From assembly GCA_041488395.1 (NCBI GenBank), contig JBGPPE010000001.1, positions 1 through 54,674 on the forward strand: a stretch of DNA of 54,674 bases, in the 5' to 3' direction. The first letter of the stretch is position 1, and each line of letters begins with the position of its first letter. The stretch comes from Gallionellaceae bacterium (lineage in GTDB: Bacteria > Pseudomonadota > Gammaproteobacteria > Burkholderiales > Gallionellaceae). Shown here in pieces: positions 36,150 through 45,478 of this stretch. The notes beneath the pieces were generated by a model. That model was not told where the DNA came from and ran no database searches. It saw only the letters and a program-made list of their open reading frames with translations. Position numbers and translations under genes: made by a program.

Positions 36150-37676
36150 ATGTCCACCATCGTCCTCGCCACCCTCAACGCTCGCTATCACCACGCTTCG
36201 CTTGGTCTGCGTTACCTCGCCGCCAACATGGGCGAGCTGGAGCTGGACACGCAGATCATGGAATTCATCCTGCAGAACCGGCCGCAAGAGATCATTGAAA
36301 CGATTATCTCTGCGCAGCCCAGAATCGTCGGCTTCGGCGTGTACATCTGGAATGTGGTCGAGATCACCCGCGTGGTCGCCCTGTTGAAGCGCGTCGCCCC
36401 GGAAATCATCGTGGTGCTGGGCGGGCCGGAAGTGAGCTACGAATGCGAGCAGCAGGAAGTGGTGCGGCTGGCGGATTATGTGATTACCGGCTGGGGCGAC
36501 ATCAGCTTTCCCAGGCTCTGCCGCGAGCTGCTGCAGAAGCGCCCGCAGGCGCAGAAGATCATCGCCGGCCTGCAGCCAGAGCTGGCCGAAATCAAGCTGC
36601 CCTACGCGCTCTACAACGACAACGACATCGCCAACCGCACCCTGTATGTGGAAGCCTCGCGCGGCTGCCCGTTCAAGTGCGAGTTCTGCCTGTCCTCGCT
36701 CGACAAGACGGCGTGGGCCTTCGATCTCGACCTGTTCCTGGACGAGATGGCAAAGCTGTATGAGCGCGGCGCACGCCAGTTCAAATTTGTCGACCGCACC
36801 TTCAACCTCAACATCAAGGCCAGTGCGCGCATCCTCGAATTCTTTCTGGAGCGCCTGGACGACAAGCTGTTCGTGCACTTCGAAGTAATACCGGATCACC
36901 TGCCGGACAAGCTCAAGGAACTGATCTTGCGCTTCCCGGCCGGTTCGCTGCAGTTCGAGGTGGGCATCCAGACCTTCAACCCCGAAGTGCAGGCGCTGAT
37001 TTCGCGCAAACAGGACACACCCAAGACTGAAGAAAACCTGCGCTGGCTGCGCACCGAAAGCCACGCCCATGTCCACGTCGACCTGATCATCGGCCTGCCC
37101 GGCGAAGACATGGCCAGCTTCGCACAGGGCTTTGACCGCCTGGTTGCGCTGAAGCAGCAGGAAATCCAGGTCGGCGTACTCAAGCGCCTGCGCGGCACCA
37201 ACATCATCCGCCACACCGAAGCGTATGACATGCGCTACACCCCCTACGCGCCCTACACCGTGCTCGCCACCGATCGCATCGACTTCCCCACCATGCAGCG
37301 GCTGGTGCGCTTTGCCCGTTACTGGGACCTGGTCGCCAACTCCGGGCGTTTCCCGCAGGCCTTGCCGCTGTTGCTGGGCGACAGCCCGTTTGCACGCTTT
37401 CTGTCTTTCTCCGACTGGATCTACACCACCACCCGCAAGACGCACCAGATCGCGCTGGATCGCTTGTTTGAGCTGGTTTACCGGGGGATGGTTGAGTGCC
37501 TGGCGGTGCCGCAGGCTGAGGCCAGCTCAGCAGTGGCGCAGGATTTTGCGCTGTCGGGGAGCAAGGAGGTGCCGGCATTTCTGAAGGCGGAGAAATCGGA
37601 CAAGGATTTGTCGAAGAAGGCTAAGGTGGTGAATCAGGCTAGCCGGCAATCAAGACATCTGGCGGTTAACGATTAG
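36150..37676 (+). CDS. B12-binding-domain radical SAM protein (DUF4080 type)
   Basis: N-terminal IVLATLNARYHHASLGLRYL and a radical-SAM CPFKCEFC motif. The C-terminal region is typical of DUF4080. Confidence 0.85.
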   Translation: MSTIVLATLNARYHHASLGLRYLAANMGELELDTQIMEFILQNRPQEIIETIISAQPRIVGFGVYIWNVVEITRVVALLKRVAPEIIVVLGGPEVSYECEQQEVVRLADYVITGWGDISFPRLCRELLQKRPQAQKIIAGLQPELAEIKLPYALYNDNDIANRTLYVEASRGCPFKCEFCLSSLDKTAWAFDLDLFLDEMAKLYERGARQFKFVDRTFNLNIKASARILEFFLERLDDKLFVHFEVIPDHLPDKLKELILRFPAGSLQFEVGIQTFNPEVQALISRKQDTPKTEENLRWLRTESHAHVHVDLIIGLPGEDMASFAQGFDRLVALKQQEIQVGVLKRLRGTNIIRHTEAYDMRYTPYAPYTVLATDRIDFPTMQRLVRFARYWDLVANSGRFPQALPLLLGDSPFARFLSFSDWIYTTTRKTHQIALDRLFELVYRGMVECLAVPQAEASSAVAQDFALSGSKEVPAFLKAEKSDKDLSKKAKVVNQASRQSRHLAVND

Positions 37677-37985
37677 TTCAAGCACTCCATGTTTCAATCT
37701 TAACAGCGGAAACAACTGCAACTAGTCGATCATGCCCCACCCTGCGCTTGCCTGCTCTGCGGGGTGAAGTTGCTACCAGTCAAAGAAAACACAAACGTTC
37801 TTGGGTTGAGCGCAGATACATCCATCCTCTTACGCTGTGCAGGCGCTAGATATTGCCGAATTATGGCTATAATCATGCAGCCTAAATACCCATGAAGGTT
37901 ATATGCAACCCATTTGAGATTCGCGCTCGCAACGCACAGATGCCGAAATATCTCTCAGTGGTATTTACAGCTTCGATAAAGTTAG

Positions 37986-40853
37986 ATGTGTTTCTTCGTT
38001 GGCGTAGTTCAAACCATTCTCCAGGAGTTCTACTTGGAACAGCTAGACCAGCATTCATTAGCGGCGCTTGACATTCTTGACATGATAGAGGATGGCGCAT
38101 TCATTTTCAGCGCGGAATCCTTGCGCTTCAGCTACGTGAATCAGGGCGCTGTCCGCCAGGCTGGTTACTCCAGGGCTGAGTTGCTCGGAATGACTCCGCT
38201 GGATATTAAACTGGAATTCGATGAAACTCGCTTCCGCCAGATGCTGGAGCCACTGCTGCGCGGGGAAGTAAGGTCGATAAAAATTTCCACTACACACCGC
38301 CACAAGAATGGCGGAGATATCCCGGTGGAAGTGATTCTCCAGTACCTGACTTCGATCAATGGAGCTCCCAACCTGGTGGCAATCGTGCGCGACACTACAG
38401 ATCGCAAGGAAGTTGAGAAGGAGCTCCGTCAGCAAAAAGATTTTCTGAACACCATTCTGGAGAGCGAACCGGAGTGTGTAAAAGTCATTTTGGCGAACGG
38501 TGAACTCCTTCAGATGAACCGGGCTGGTCTGGCAATGCTTGAGCTTGATAGTCTCGAAGAAGCGCAGCGGGAAGGATTAATCAATTTCGTTTACCCTGAA
38601 GAGCGGGCTGCCTTCATTCATTTGAGCAGACGAGTTTTTAGTGGCCAATCGGATACGCTGGAATTCAGGGTTGCTGGAAAAAGGGGCACCAGCCGCTGGC
38701 TGGAAACCCATGCATCACCGCTTTATGACGGCAACGGAAAAATCTACGCACTGGTCGGTATTACCCGAGACATTACTGAGCGAAAGATTTCTGAACTCGC
38801 ATTGAAACGCGAGATGTCTGAGTGGACCCAGGCCATGGATTCCTTTGCGGACGTGATTTATCTCCTCGACAGGAAACGCCGCCTTGTGCGTGCCAATAAA
38901 ATGTTTTATGCCCTGACTGGAACCTCGCCCACAGAGTCTATTGGCCGTCATATTGCGGAGATTATTCATCCCAACGGTGAGTTGGAACTGTGCCCGGTGT
39001 GCCGTGCTCAGGAAGAAAAACGGGATGCGGTGATCACCATGGAGGCAGACCATCCGGACAACCCGGCCGGGCGTCCCCTGGAAATTACCGTCAAAATTAT
39101 TCGCGATGACAGCGGTATCGCAAGCGGTATTCTGATGGCCATTCATGATCTGAGCCATGCGCGAAAAATCGAGGACAAACTGCGGAAAAGCGAGGACACG
39201 CTTAAAAGAGCACAGGGAGTGGCCCACGTTGGTAGCTGGGAAGTGAATATTGCCACTCAGGCGACTAACTGGTCAGACGAAGTCTACCGTATCTTCGATC
39301 TTCCCATCGGTGCTCCGGTGAGCACTGATACATGCTTTGACATCATTATTCCTGAAGACCGCGAGTTTATTATCAATGCCTGGAACCAGGCGCTTGAGGG
39401 AGCACCCTACGATGTCGAATACCGCGTAAATACGTCTGGCGGAATCCGTTGGGTTCGCGATCGCGCAGAAATTATCTTCGACAGCGAGGGCAAAGCGCAG
39501 GTCGGGATTGGTACCGTACAGGACATCACCGACAGCAAGGAAAATGAAGCGCGAATCGAATTGCTGGCCTTTCACGACCCGTTGACCGGATTGCCGAATC
39601 GCCTGCTGGCCAAGGACCATCTGGAGATGGCGGTTGCCTATTCAAGCCGTGTAAATACAAAGGTCGCGCTGTTATTCCTTGATCTTGATCATTTCAAAAC
39701 CATCAACGACTCACTCGGCCATGCTGTCGGTGATGCCCTGCTCAAGGCGGTCGCCACGCGCTTGCGCGACAGCGTGCGCAACACGGACACCATCAGCCGC
39801 CAGGGTGGGGATGAGTTCCTGGTGCTGCTGCCGGATACCAGTGACACCGATGCAATAACCGGTATCGCAGAGAAAGTGGTGCTCGCGCTAAGCACTCCCT
39901 TTGAAATTCAAGGGTATCACTTGTCGACCTCTGTCTCCATCGGCATCGCGGTTTATCCGGATGATGGAAGTGATTTTGACACCTTGCTGAAAAAAGCCGA
40001 CACGGCCATGTACCAGTCGAAGAAAGCCGGACGCAGCACTTATCGTTTCTATACCGAACAAATGAACATTGAGGTGGTTGAGCACCACCTCATGCGCACC
40101 GGTCTGGTACAGGCGTTGGAACGCAACGAATTCATGCTTTATTATCAGCCGCAAATTGATCTGGCAAGCGGTGCCGTGATTGGTGCCGAAGCGCTGATAC
40201 GCTGGATGCATCCCGAGCGTGGCATGGTGCCTCCTGTCCTCTTCATCCCGATCGCAGAAGATAGCGGACATATCCTGCCAATTGGCGAGTGGGTGTTGCG
40301 GGAAGCGTGCCGGCAGGCAGTGGCGTGGCATCAGGCCGGACTGCCGGAATTGGTCATTGCCGTGAATCTTTCGGCAGTGCAATTCAAGCGGGGCAACCTC
40401 GAAATGAGTGTTCGCCGTGCCCTTGCCGACTCCGGTTTGAAGCCCGAGTTGCTTGAGCTGGAATTAACCGAGTCCATCCTGATTCAGGACACCGAAGGTA
40501 TCCTGAATACAGTGCATCGACTCAAAGCGCTAGGGGTCAAGCTTTCCATCGACGATTTTGGCACCGGCTATTCCAGCCTTTCCTACCTGAGCCGCTTTGC
40601 CGTGGAAAAATTGAAAATTGACCAGTCGTTTGTGCGTGACATGGTCAGCAACTCCGGCAATGCTGCTATTGTCCGCGCCATTATCCAGATGGCTAAAAGC
40701 CTTAATTTGAAAACGATCGCCGAGGGTGTTGAGGACGAGCAACAGCTGGCTCAACTGCGCCTCCATCATTGCGATGAGGCGCAGGGATACCACCTTGGAA
40801 AACCGATGCCTGCGGATGATTTTGCCCGTTTTCTGGCAAACACCCGGATTTAA
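37986..40853 (+). CDS. Cytoplasmic multi-PAS GGDEF-EAL protein
   Basis: Four PAS modules, RQGGDEF, and EALIRW plus DDFGTGYSSL. GC content and codon choice (more AAA, GAA, TTT, ATT) are visibly lower than the backbone. The start is uncertain. Confidence 0.86.
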   Translation: MCFFVGVVQTILQEFYLEQLDQHSLAALDILDMIEDGAFIFSAESLRFSYVNQGAVRQAGYSRAELLGMTPLDIKLEFDETRFRQMLEPLLRGEVRSIKISTTHRHKNGGDIPVEVILQYLTSINGAPNLVAIVRDTTDRKEVEKELRQQKDFLNTILESEPECVKVILANGELLQMNRAGLAMLELDSLEEAQREGLINFVYPEERAAFIHLSRRVFSGQSDTLEFRVAGKRGTSRWLETHASPLYDGNGKIYALVGITRDITERKISELALKREMSEWTQAMDSFADVIYLLDRKRRLVRANKMFYALTGTSPTESIGRHIAEIIHPNGELELCPVCRAQEEKRDAVITMEADHPDNPAGRPLEITVKIIRDDSGIASGILMAIHDLSHARKIEDKLRKSEDTLKRAQGVAHVGSWEVNIATQATNWSDEVYRIFDLPIGAPVSTDTCFDIIIPEDREFIINAWNQALEGAPYDVEYRVNTSGGIRWVRDRAEIIFDSEGKAQVGIGTVQDITDSKENEARIELLAFHDPLTGLPNRLLAKDHLEMAVAYSSRVNTKVALLFLDLDHFKTINDSLGHAVGDALLKAVATRLRDSVRNTDTISRQGGDEFLVLLPDTSDTDAITGIAEKVVLALSTPFEIQGYHLSTSVSIGIAVYPDDGSDFDTLLKKADTAMYQSKKAGRSTYRFYTEQMNIEVVEHHLMRTGLVQALERNEFMLYYQPQIDLASGAVIGAEALIRWMHPERGMVPPVLFIPIAEDSGHILPIGEWVLREACRQAVAWHQAGLPELVIAVNLSAVQFKRGNLEMSVRRALADSGLKPELLELELTESILIQDTEGILNTVHRLKALGVKLSIDDFGTGYSSLSYLSRFAVEKLKIDQSFVRDMVSNSGNAAIVRAIIQMAKSLNLKTIAEGVEDEQQLAQLRLHHCDEAQGYHLGKPMPADDFARFLANTRI

Positions 40854-40936
40854 AATCTAATCAATTAGCGCCAACACTACTCAACCGCGAACACCCACCA
40901 TCCAATTCATCTTTCAACCTGGCCCGCCCAACACAG

Positions 40937-41800
40937 TCATTCCCGCAACTGCTTCGCCGGAATAAACAACTCCGGATCAACCATCGCCCCATTAAGTATC
41001 ACACTCCAGTGCAGATGCGGCCCGGTGGCGCGTCCTGTTTGTCCGGAAAGCCCAAGCAGCTGTCCCTTGCTGACCGTTACACCGGCTTGCACATCGATAC
41101 GGTCAAGGTGGCAGTACATGCTAATCAGCCCGTTGCCATGGTCGATAAAAACTGTCTTGCCGTTGAAGAAATAATCGCCAACTGCGAGTACCTGTCCTTG
41201 TGCGCTCGCCTTGACCGGTGTGCCGCTATCTACAGCGACATCAAGGCCGGAATGCGGTGCGCGCGCCTCGCCGTTGAAGAAACGACGCAGGCCGAAGCGA
41301 CTGGCCAGCCTGCCTTCAGCGGGAACAATGAATGCCAGATCGGTCTCCTGCGCATCACGCCAGTGATGCTTGAACTCCTTGATGATGGATATTTCACGTT
41401 CAGCGCGCGCCAGATCGGCAGGCGACAACTCCACCTTGCTCTTGTCTTTAAGCGTGAGGCGCTGCTCGGGGTAGTGCTTGGCATTGACCACAAAGGATTC
41501 TGTTTCCATTTCATTGCCAATTTTAACGCTCAGCTCATGCGAGCCTGGCGCCATATCCAGTGGCAGGCCGACCACTGCGTACCATTGCTCGTGATCTGAT
41601 GTCACAAGAACAGGCTGATTGCCCAACCAGGTTTGAGGTTTTTCTGCGCCAGTTACAACGCTGCCGAGAGGAACAAGCGCAACGCCGCCGGGCACATTGG
41701 AAGAGAGTGGGAGGCTTGCATAGGCAAGTATAGGTAAAGCCAGAATGAACAGGCTGAGTCGGAAGCAGATGCGAAGCATATTGGCAGTAAGGGTGGGCAT
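40937..41800 (-). CDS. M23-family metallopeptidase (secreted)
   Basis: HSGLDVAV ... IDHGNG..S.YCHL ... GPHLHW motifs and an N-terminal signal sequence. The alternative start is 41779. Confidence 0.88.
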   Translation of the reverse strand: MPTLTANMLRICFRLSLFILALPILAYASLPLSSNVPGGVALVPLGSVVTGAEKPQTWLGNQPVLVTSDHEQWYAVVGLPLDMAPGSHELSVKIGNEMETESFVVNAKHYPEQRLTLKDKSKVELSPADLARAEREISIIKEFKHHWRDAQETDLAFIVPAEGRLASRFGLRRFFNGEARAPHSGLDVAVDSGTPVKASAQGQVLAVGDYFFNGKTVFIDHGNGLISMYCHLDRIDVQAGVTVSKGQLLGLSGQTGRATGPHLHWSVILNGAMVDPELFIPAKQLRE

Positions 41801-42146
41801 GATTTGTTTGCAGAGAGCGCATCTTGCTGGTTTGGGGAAATAATTTCAACGGAAACTTTGGCCAAAGGCTGCCCACTTGGGCTAACCAAACACGCGACAT
41901 TTAGCTGGATAAATTTAGCCAGTGGTATGCGTGCTTTGCCGCGGCTGGCCTGACGACTAATTGCTTTCTTCTCGTTCCGCAAAATAAAAGCCGTCGGGGG
42001 TAGCCCGACAGTGTTGCTTTTGTGTAACGTGAGGAGGAATGTCTACTTGGCCCATAGTGGACGGAGTAGCCGCTCCAAAGCAGCCGATGGCGCGACGAAG
42101 GAGCGACTCTTTTTACTTTCCGCGTTGCTAGCGTAGTTAACACTCA

Positions 42147-42474
42147 TCAAGCCAGGTTGCTGATACTTTCGATTTTGCGCTTAACAGACATCGGGTCATC
42201 AATTCCCTTGAGTACGACATCACTGATGCCGCGCCCAGTAATTTTCACGGTGCCTAGGACAAAGATACGGCCGAATATTCCCTGATTGATCTCAACGCTC
42301 TCGATGGACGTGAGCTTCATTTCTTCGATCTTTCGACTGATGATGCCTTTCTTCATGGATAACGCGCTTGTTTGTAACGCCTTGCTCCAAAAACTTGAGC
42401 CTCAAGAATTCATAGATAGCGAGTAGCCAAGTAAGTCCGAACGTTACAAACCCCAGGATGATCCAGATAAGCAT
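42147..42474 (-). pseudogene. bPH_2 (YdbT-like PH domain) membrane protein gene disrupted by frameshift(s)
   Basis: The 60-aa ORF (TM helix plus GVTNKRVI) and the 69-aa ORF (KKGIISRKIEEMKL...VEINQGIFGRI..G.V.I) are consecutive halves of one PH-domain protein in different frames. A further frame break lies upstream near 42480-42520. Confidence 0.6.
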
Positions 42475-42830
42475 GGGAACCCAGGCGAACCAGTGAAGCT
42501 TGAAAAGCCCTCAATCTTTTCGCCGGTGGACAACGACTGCTTGTGTGCGCAGGTTGAAGAATTCTCAATTCGCGTGGCAAGTTAAGTCATGTGGAGTGAT
42601 GGCATCGCCTACCTTATTCCGCATCCCAAAATACTGTAGATCCAGTATTCTTGCATGCTCTCCGCTTATGTAACATTTTTTATAGTCAGGCGTTTCCAGT
42701 TGACTGTAACGACATAGCGCGGTGCGTGAACCCGCTCTCTCCGGCAGCGATGCAAACATTGCCCCTGGTATTTTTCAAACCGGGCGGCGCCCTGAAAATT
42801 TTTCCCGGCAAACATGAATAAGGAATCCAA

Positions 42831-43253
42831 ATGAACATGCCAAACAACTTCCAGCTGATCGGTCTTGCGATGCTAGTGGCTGTTGGGCTTGCCGCCTGCG
42901 AAAAGCCAGGGCCTGCAGAGACGGCAGGCAAGAATATTGATCGGGCTGCAGATCAAGCCGGCCAGAAAATCAGTGAAGCCGCCGTTAACGTCGGCGAAAA
43001 AATAGGCGAGCAAAGTGTGAAGGCAGGTGTAGCCATTGATGATGCCGAGATCACGACCAGGGTCAAAGCGGCGATATTTTCCGAACCGGGTTTCAAGACG
43101 CTGCAAATCAGCGTCGCTACCGTCAAGGGGGTGGTGACGTTGAGTGGGTCCGTCGATACCCAGTCGCATAGCAATAGAGCCAAATCTCTGGCGAGTGCAG
43201 TTACCGGCGGAAGTGGGGTCAAGAACCAGCTCGTAATCAAGCAGGGGAAATAA
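42831..43253 (+). CDS. BON-domain lipoprotein (OsmY-like)
   Basis: Lipobox GLAAC. DDAEITTRVKAAI...ISV.TVKGVVTLSGSV is a BON domain. Confidence 0.85.
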   Translation: MNMPNNFQLIGLAMLVAVGLAACEKPGPAETAGKNIDRAADQAGQKISEAAVNVGEKIGEQSVKAGVAIDDAEITTRVKAAIFSEPGFKTLQISVATVKGVVTLSGSVDTQSHSNRAKSLASAVTGGSGVKNQLVIKQGK

Positions 43254-43288
43254 GATGGACCAGCCTTCATCCACTTAAGGGGCAGATT

Positions 43289-43576
43289 ATGGACATTCGA
43301 GACGCATACAAGAAAAAAATGGAGGCTCAGTTGAAAGAGTGGAGTGCACAAATCAATTTGCTGGAAGCCAAGGCGGAAAACATCGGAGCTGACATGAAGG
43401 TCAAGCATGCCGAGGCACTTCGGGAGTTGCGTGCCCAACAACACGCAGCCTCTGAAAAACTGAAGGATCTGGAAAAAGCCAGTGGCGCAGCATGGGATGA
43501 GGTCCAGACAACTGCGGACAAAATATGGGACGACCTCAAGAAAGGCGTCACTGACGCCTATTCCAGATTCAAATGA
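43289..43576 (+). CDS. Small coiled-coil protein of unknown function
   Basis: 95 aa, heptad-rich (KKKMEAQLKEWSAQINLLEAKAE...). Co-oriented with the BON and lmo0937 genes. Confidence 0.55.
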   Translation: MDIRDAYKKKMEAQLKEWSAQINLLEAKAENIGADMKVKHAEALRELRAQQHAASEKLKDLEKASGAAWDEVQTTADKIWDDLKKGVTDAYSRFK

Positions 43577-43631
43577 GGTTTACAGGGGGCTGGATAACTT
43601 CGCCCCCAGGCATTCAAGAAAGGTCGATATC

Positions 43632-43769
43632 ATGCTTTATACCATTGCGGTAATTCTGCTCGTCATGTGGATATTGGGTTTGATTACTTCCTACACCATG
43701 GGCGGCTTCATTCACATTCTTCTGGTGGTCGCTATCGTCGCTGTCTTGCTGAGGATAATTAAGGGATAA
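43632..43769 (+). CDS. lmo0937-family small membrane protein (45 aa)
   Basis: MLYTIAVILLVMWILGLITSYTMGGFIHILLVVAIVAVLLRIIKG matches the conserved lmo0937/DUF5670 pattern (GGFIHILL). Confidence 0.7.
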   Translation: MLYTIAVILLVMWILGLITSYTMGGFIHILLVVAIVAVLLRIIKG

Positions 43770-43908
43770 CTCTTCCTGTGAAGATGCGGTCAATTTGACT
43801 TTCAACAGGCTAGCGAACCTGCCCGATCGCTTTGCATGAGCCGCATGGCCCCTGCGTTTTTCGCTGGCCACGGTAGCGGTGAAATTACGGCCAGACCAGG
43901 TCAGCGCA

Positions 43909-45327
43909 ATGTCAAAATCACTTAAGATCATCCTCGGCGGACTCGTTGGAATCCTCGTCCTCAGCGCAGTGGCCCTACTCATCCTTGTGGACGCCAATAG
44001 CTACAAGCCCCGGCTGGAAGCCGCTGCTTCGGGAGTGCTTGGAATGGAAGTCAGGGTCGGCGGCCGCATGGCAATCCGCTTCTTTCCGGGCCTGTCCGTC
44101 ACAGCAGAGGACGTGCACATTCGCAACCGGGGGGTAGAGATCGTCTCCGCAAAGGAGGCCATGCTGGGGATCGAACTGCTTCCTCTGCTGCGCAAGGAAA
44201 TCCGGATCGGGAAGGTCGCGCTGAAACATCTCCGTGTTTCCATTGAGCGCGACCACAACGGGAAGTACAGCTTCGAGAACCCGGAGGTGGCCGGCGCTAC
44301 TTTACCCGCCCTGCATTTGGCGAGGGTTAGCGTTTCGGACGTGACGCTCCTCTACGCGGACAAACAATCCAGCGCAGCAGTCGAGGCGGAGAATTGCAGC
44401 GTGGACGTGCGCCGCGTGCGGCTTTCGGGAGGGGAAAGCCAGTACCTGATGAAGGACCTTTCCTTTACTGCGGAACTTGCCTGCGGGAAGATTCAGACAA
44501 AGGACATCGCCGTGTCTGACTTGCAGTTTTCGGTCGAGGGGAAGAGCGGAGTCTTTGATCTCAGGGTGGTCACGATGAGAATGTTCGGCGGACATGGTTC
44601 GGGGAGTATCCACGCGGATTTTTCTGGCGCCATCCCCCTCTACCAAGTTCGCTACTCTCTGCCGCAATTCCGCATCGAGGAATTCTTCAAAATCCTGTCG
44701 CCGCTTAAGGTCGCGGAAGGGCCGATGGATTTCTCCGCAAAACTGTCGATGCAGGGAAAGACTGCAAATGAAATGAAGCGGAGCGCGAAGGGAGATGCCT
44801 CACTTCGGGGCAGCAACCTCACGCTCCATGGCCACGATCTCGATCGGGAGTTCTCCCGGTTTGAGTCCAGCCAGAACTTCAACCTCGTGGATCTGGGCGC
44901 CTTCTTCTTTGCCGGCCCCGCCGGCCTGGCGGTCACAAAGGGGTACAACTTCGCGAGCATCTTGCAAGGGTCGGGAGGCAATAGCGAGATCCGGGCGCTT
45001 GTCTCCGACTGGAAGATCGAACACGGCGTGGCGCAGGCTCAAGACGTGGCCATGGCGACGAACGAGAACCGGATCGCACTCAAGGGAGGACTCGATTTCG
45101 TCAACGAGCATTTCAACGATGTGACCGTGGCACTGATCGATGCCCAGGGCTGTGCCACGGTGCGGCAGAAGATCAGCGGCCCCTTCCAGAAAGCAGTAGT
45201 GGAAAAGCCGAACATCCTGGCGTCTCTCGCCGGGCCTGCGCTCAAGTTACTCAAAAAGGGAAGGGACATTTTTCCCGGAGGAGAGTGCGAAGTGTTCTAC
45301 GCCGGATTGGTATCCCCCCCGAAATGA
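43909..45327 (+). CDS. AsmA-family protein
   Basis: N-terminal anchor KIILGGLVGILVLSAVALLILVD, then ANSYKPRLEAAAS...L.I.....I.I.K..L, typical of the AsmA N-terminus. Codon usage is atypical (CTC, AGG, GGA). Confidence 0.8.
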   Translation: MSKSLKIILGGLVGILVLSAVALLILVDANSYKPRLEAAASGVLGMEVRVGGRMAIRFFPGLSVTAEDVHIRNRGVEIVSAKEAMLGIELLPLLRKEIRIGKVALKHLRVSIERDHNGKYSFENPEVAGATLPALHLARVSVSDVTLLYADKQSSAAVEAENCSVDVRRVRLSGGESQYLMKDLSFTAELACGKIQTKDIAVSDLQFSVEGKSGVFDLRVVTMRMFGGHGSGSIHADFSGAIPLYQVRYSLPQFRIEEFFKILSPLKVAEGPMDFSAKLSMQGKTANEMKRSAKGDASLRGSNLTLHGHDLDREFSRFESSQNFNLVDLGAFFFAGPAGLAVTKGYNFASILQGSGGNSEIRALVSDWKIEHGVAQAQDVAMATNENRIALKGGLDFVNEHFNDVTVALIDAQGCATVRQKISGPFQKAVVEKPNILASLAGPALKLLKKGRDIFPGGECEVFYAGLVSPPK

Positions 45328-45372
45328 ATGGTGCGAGATGGTGATCGCCGGAATCGTTTCATCCTGCCCCGG

Positions 45373-45477
45373 CTAAGGCAATTCATCGCCGAACCCGCGC
45401 ATCACTGCTCTCGCCTTCTCGATCTTCAGAACAGCAAGAAACGCCTGCGCCGCAGCCGGGTCTTTCGCGCCGGCCAT
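45373..45477 (-). pseudogene. C-terminal remnant of a periplasmic substrate-binding protein gene (ModA-like tail)
   Basis: Reads AGAKDPAAAQAFLAVLKIEKARAVMRGFGDELP*. There is an in-frame stop 3 codons upstream, and the fragment abuts the pgeF stop codon. Confidence 0.3.
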
Positions 45478-45478
45478 C

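Noticed and set aside
41801-42146. A 345-bp spacer between the M23 peptidase gene and the PH-domain pseudogene, considered as a structured ncRNA.
   Set aside because: Only a terminator-like hairpin is evident (gtcggg-ctacc-cccgac plus a T-run on the minus strand, about 41990-42012). The remainder matched no RNA family I can recognise and may be further gene debris.
42565-42759. A 64-aa minus-strand ORF upstream of the BON gene.
   Set aside because: No RBS and an implausible composition. It lies in the decayed region upstream of the PH-domain pseudogene.
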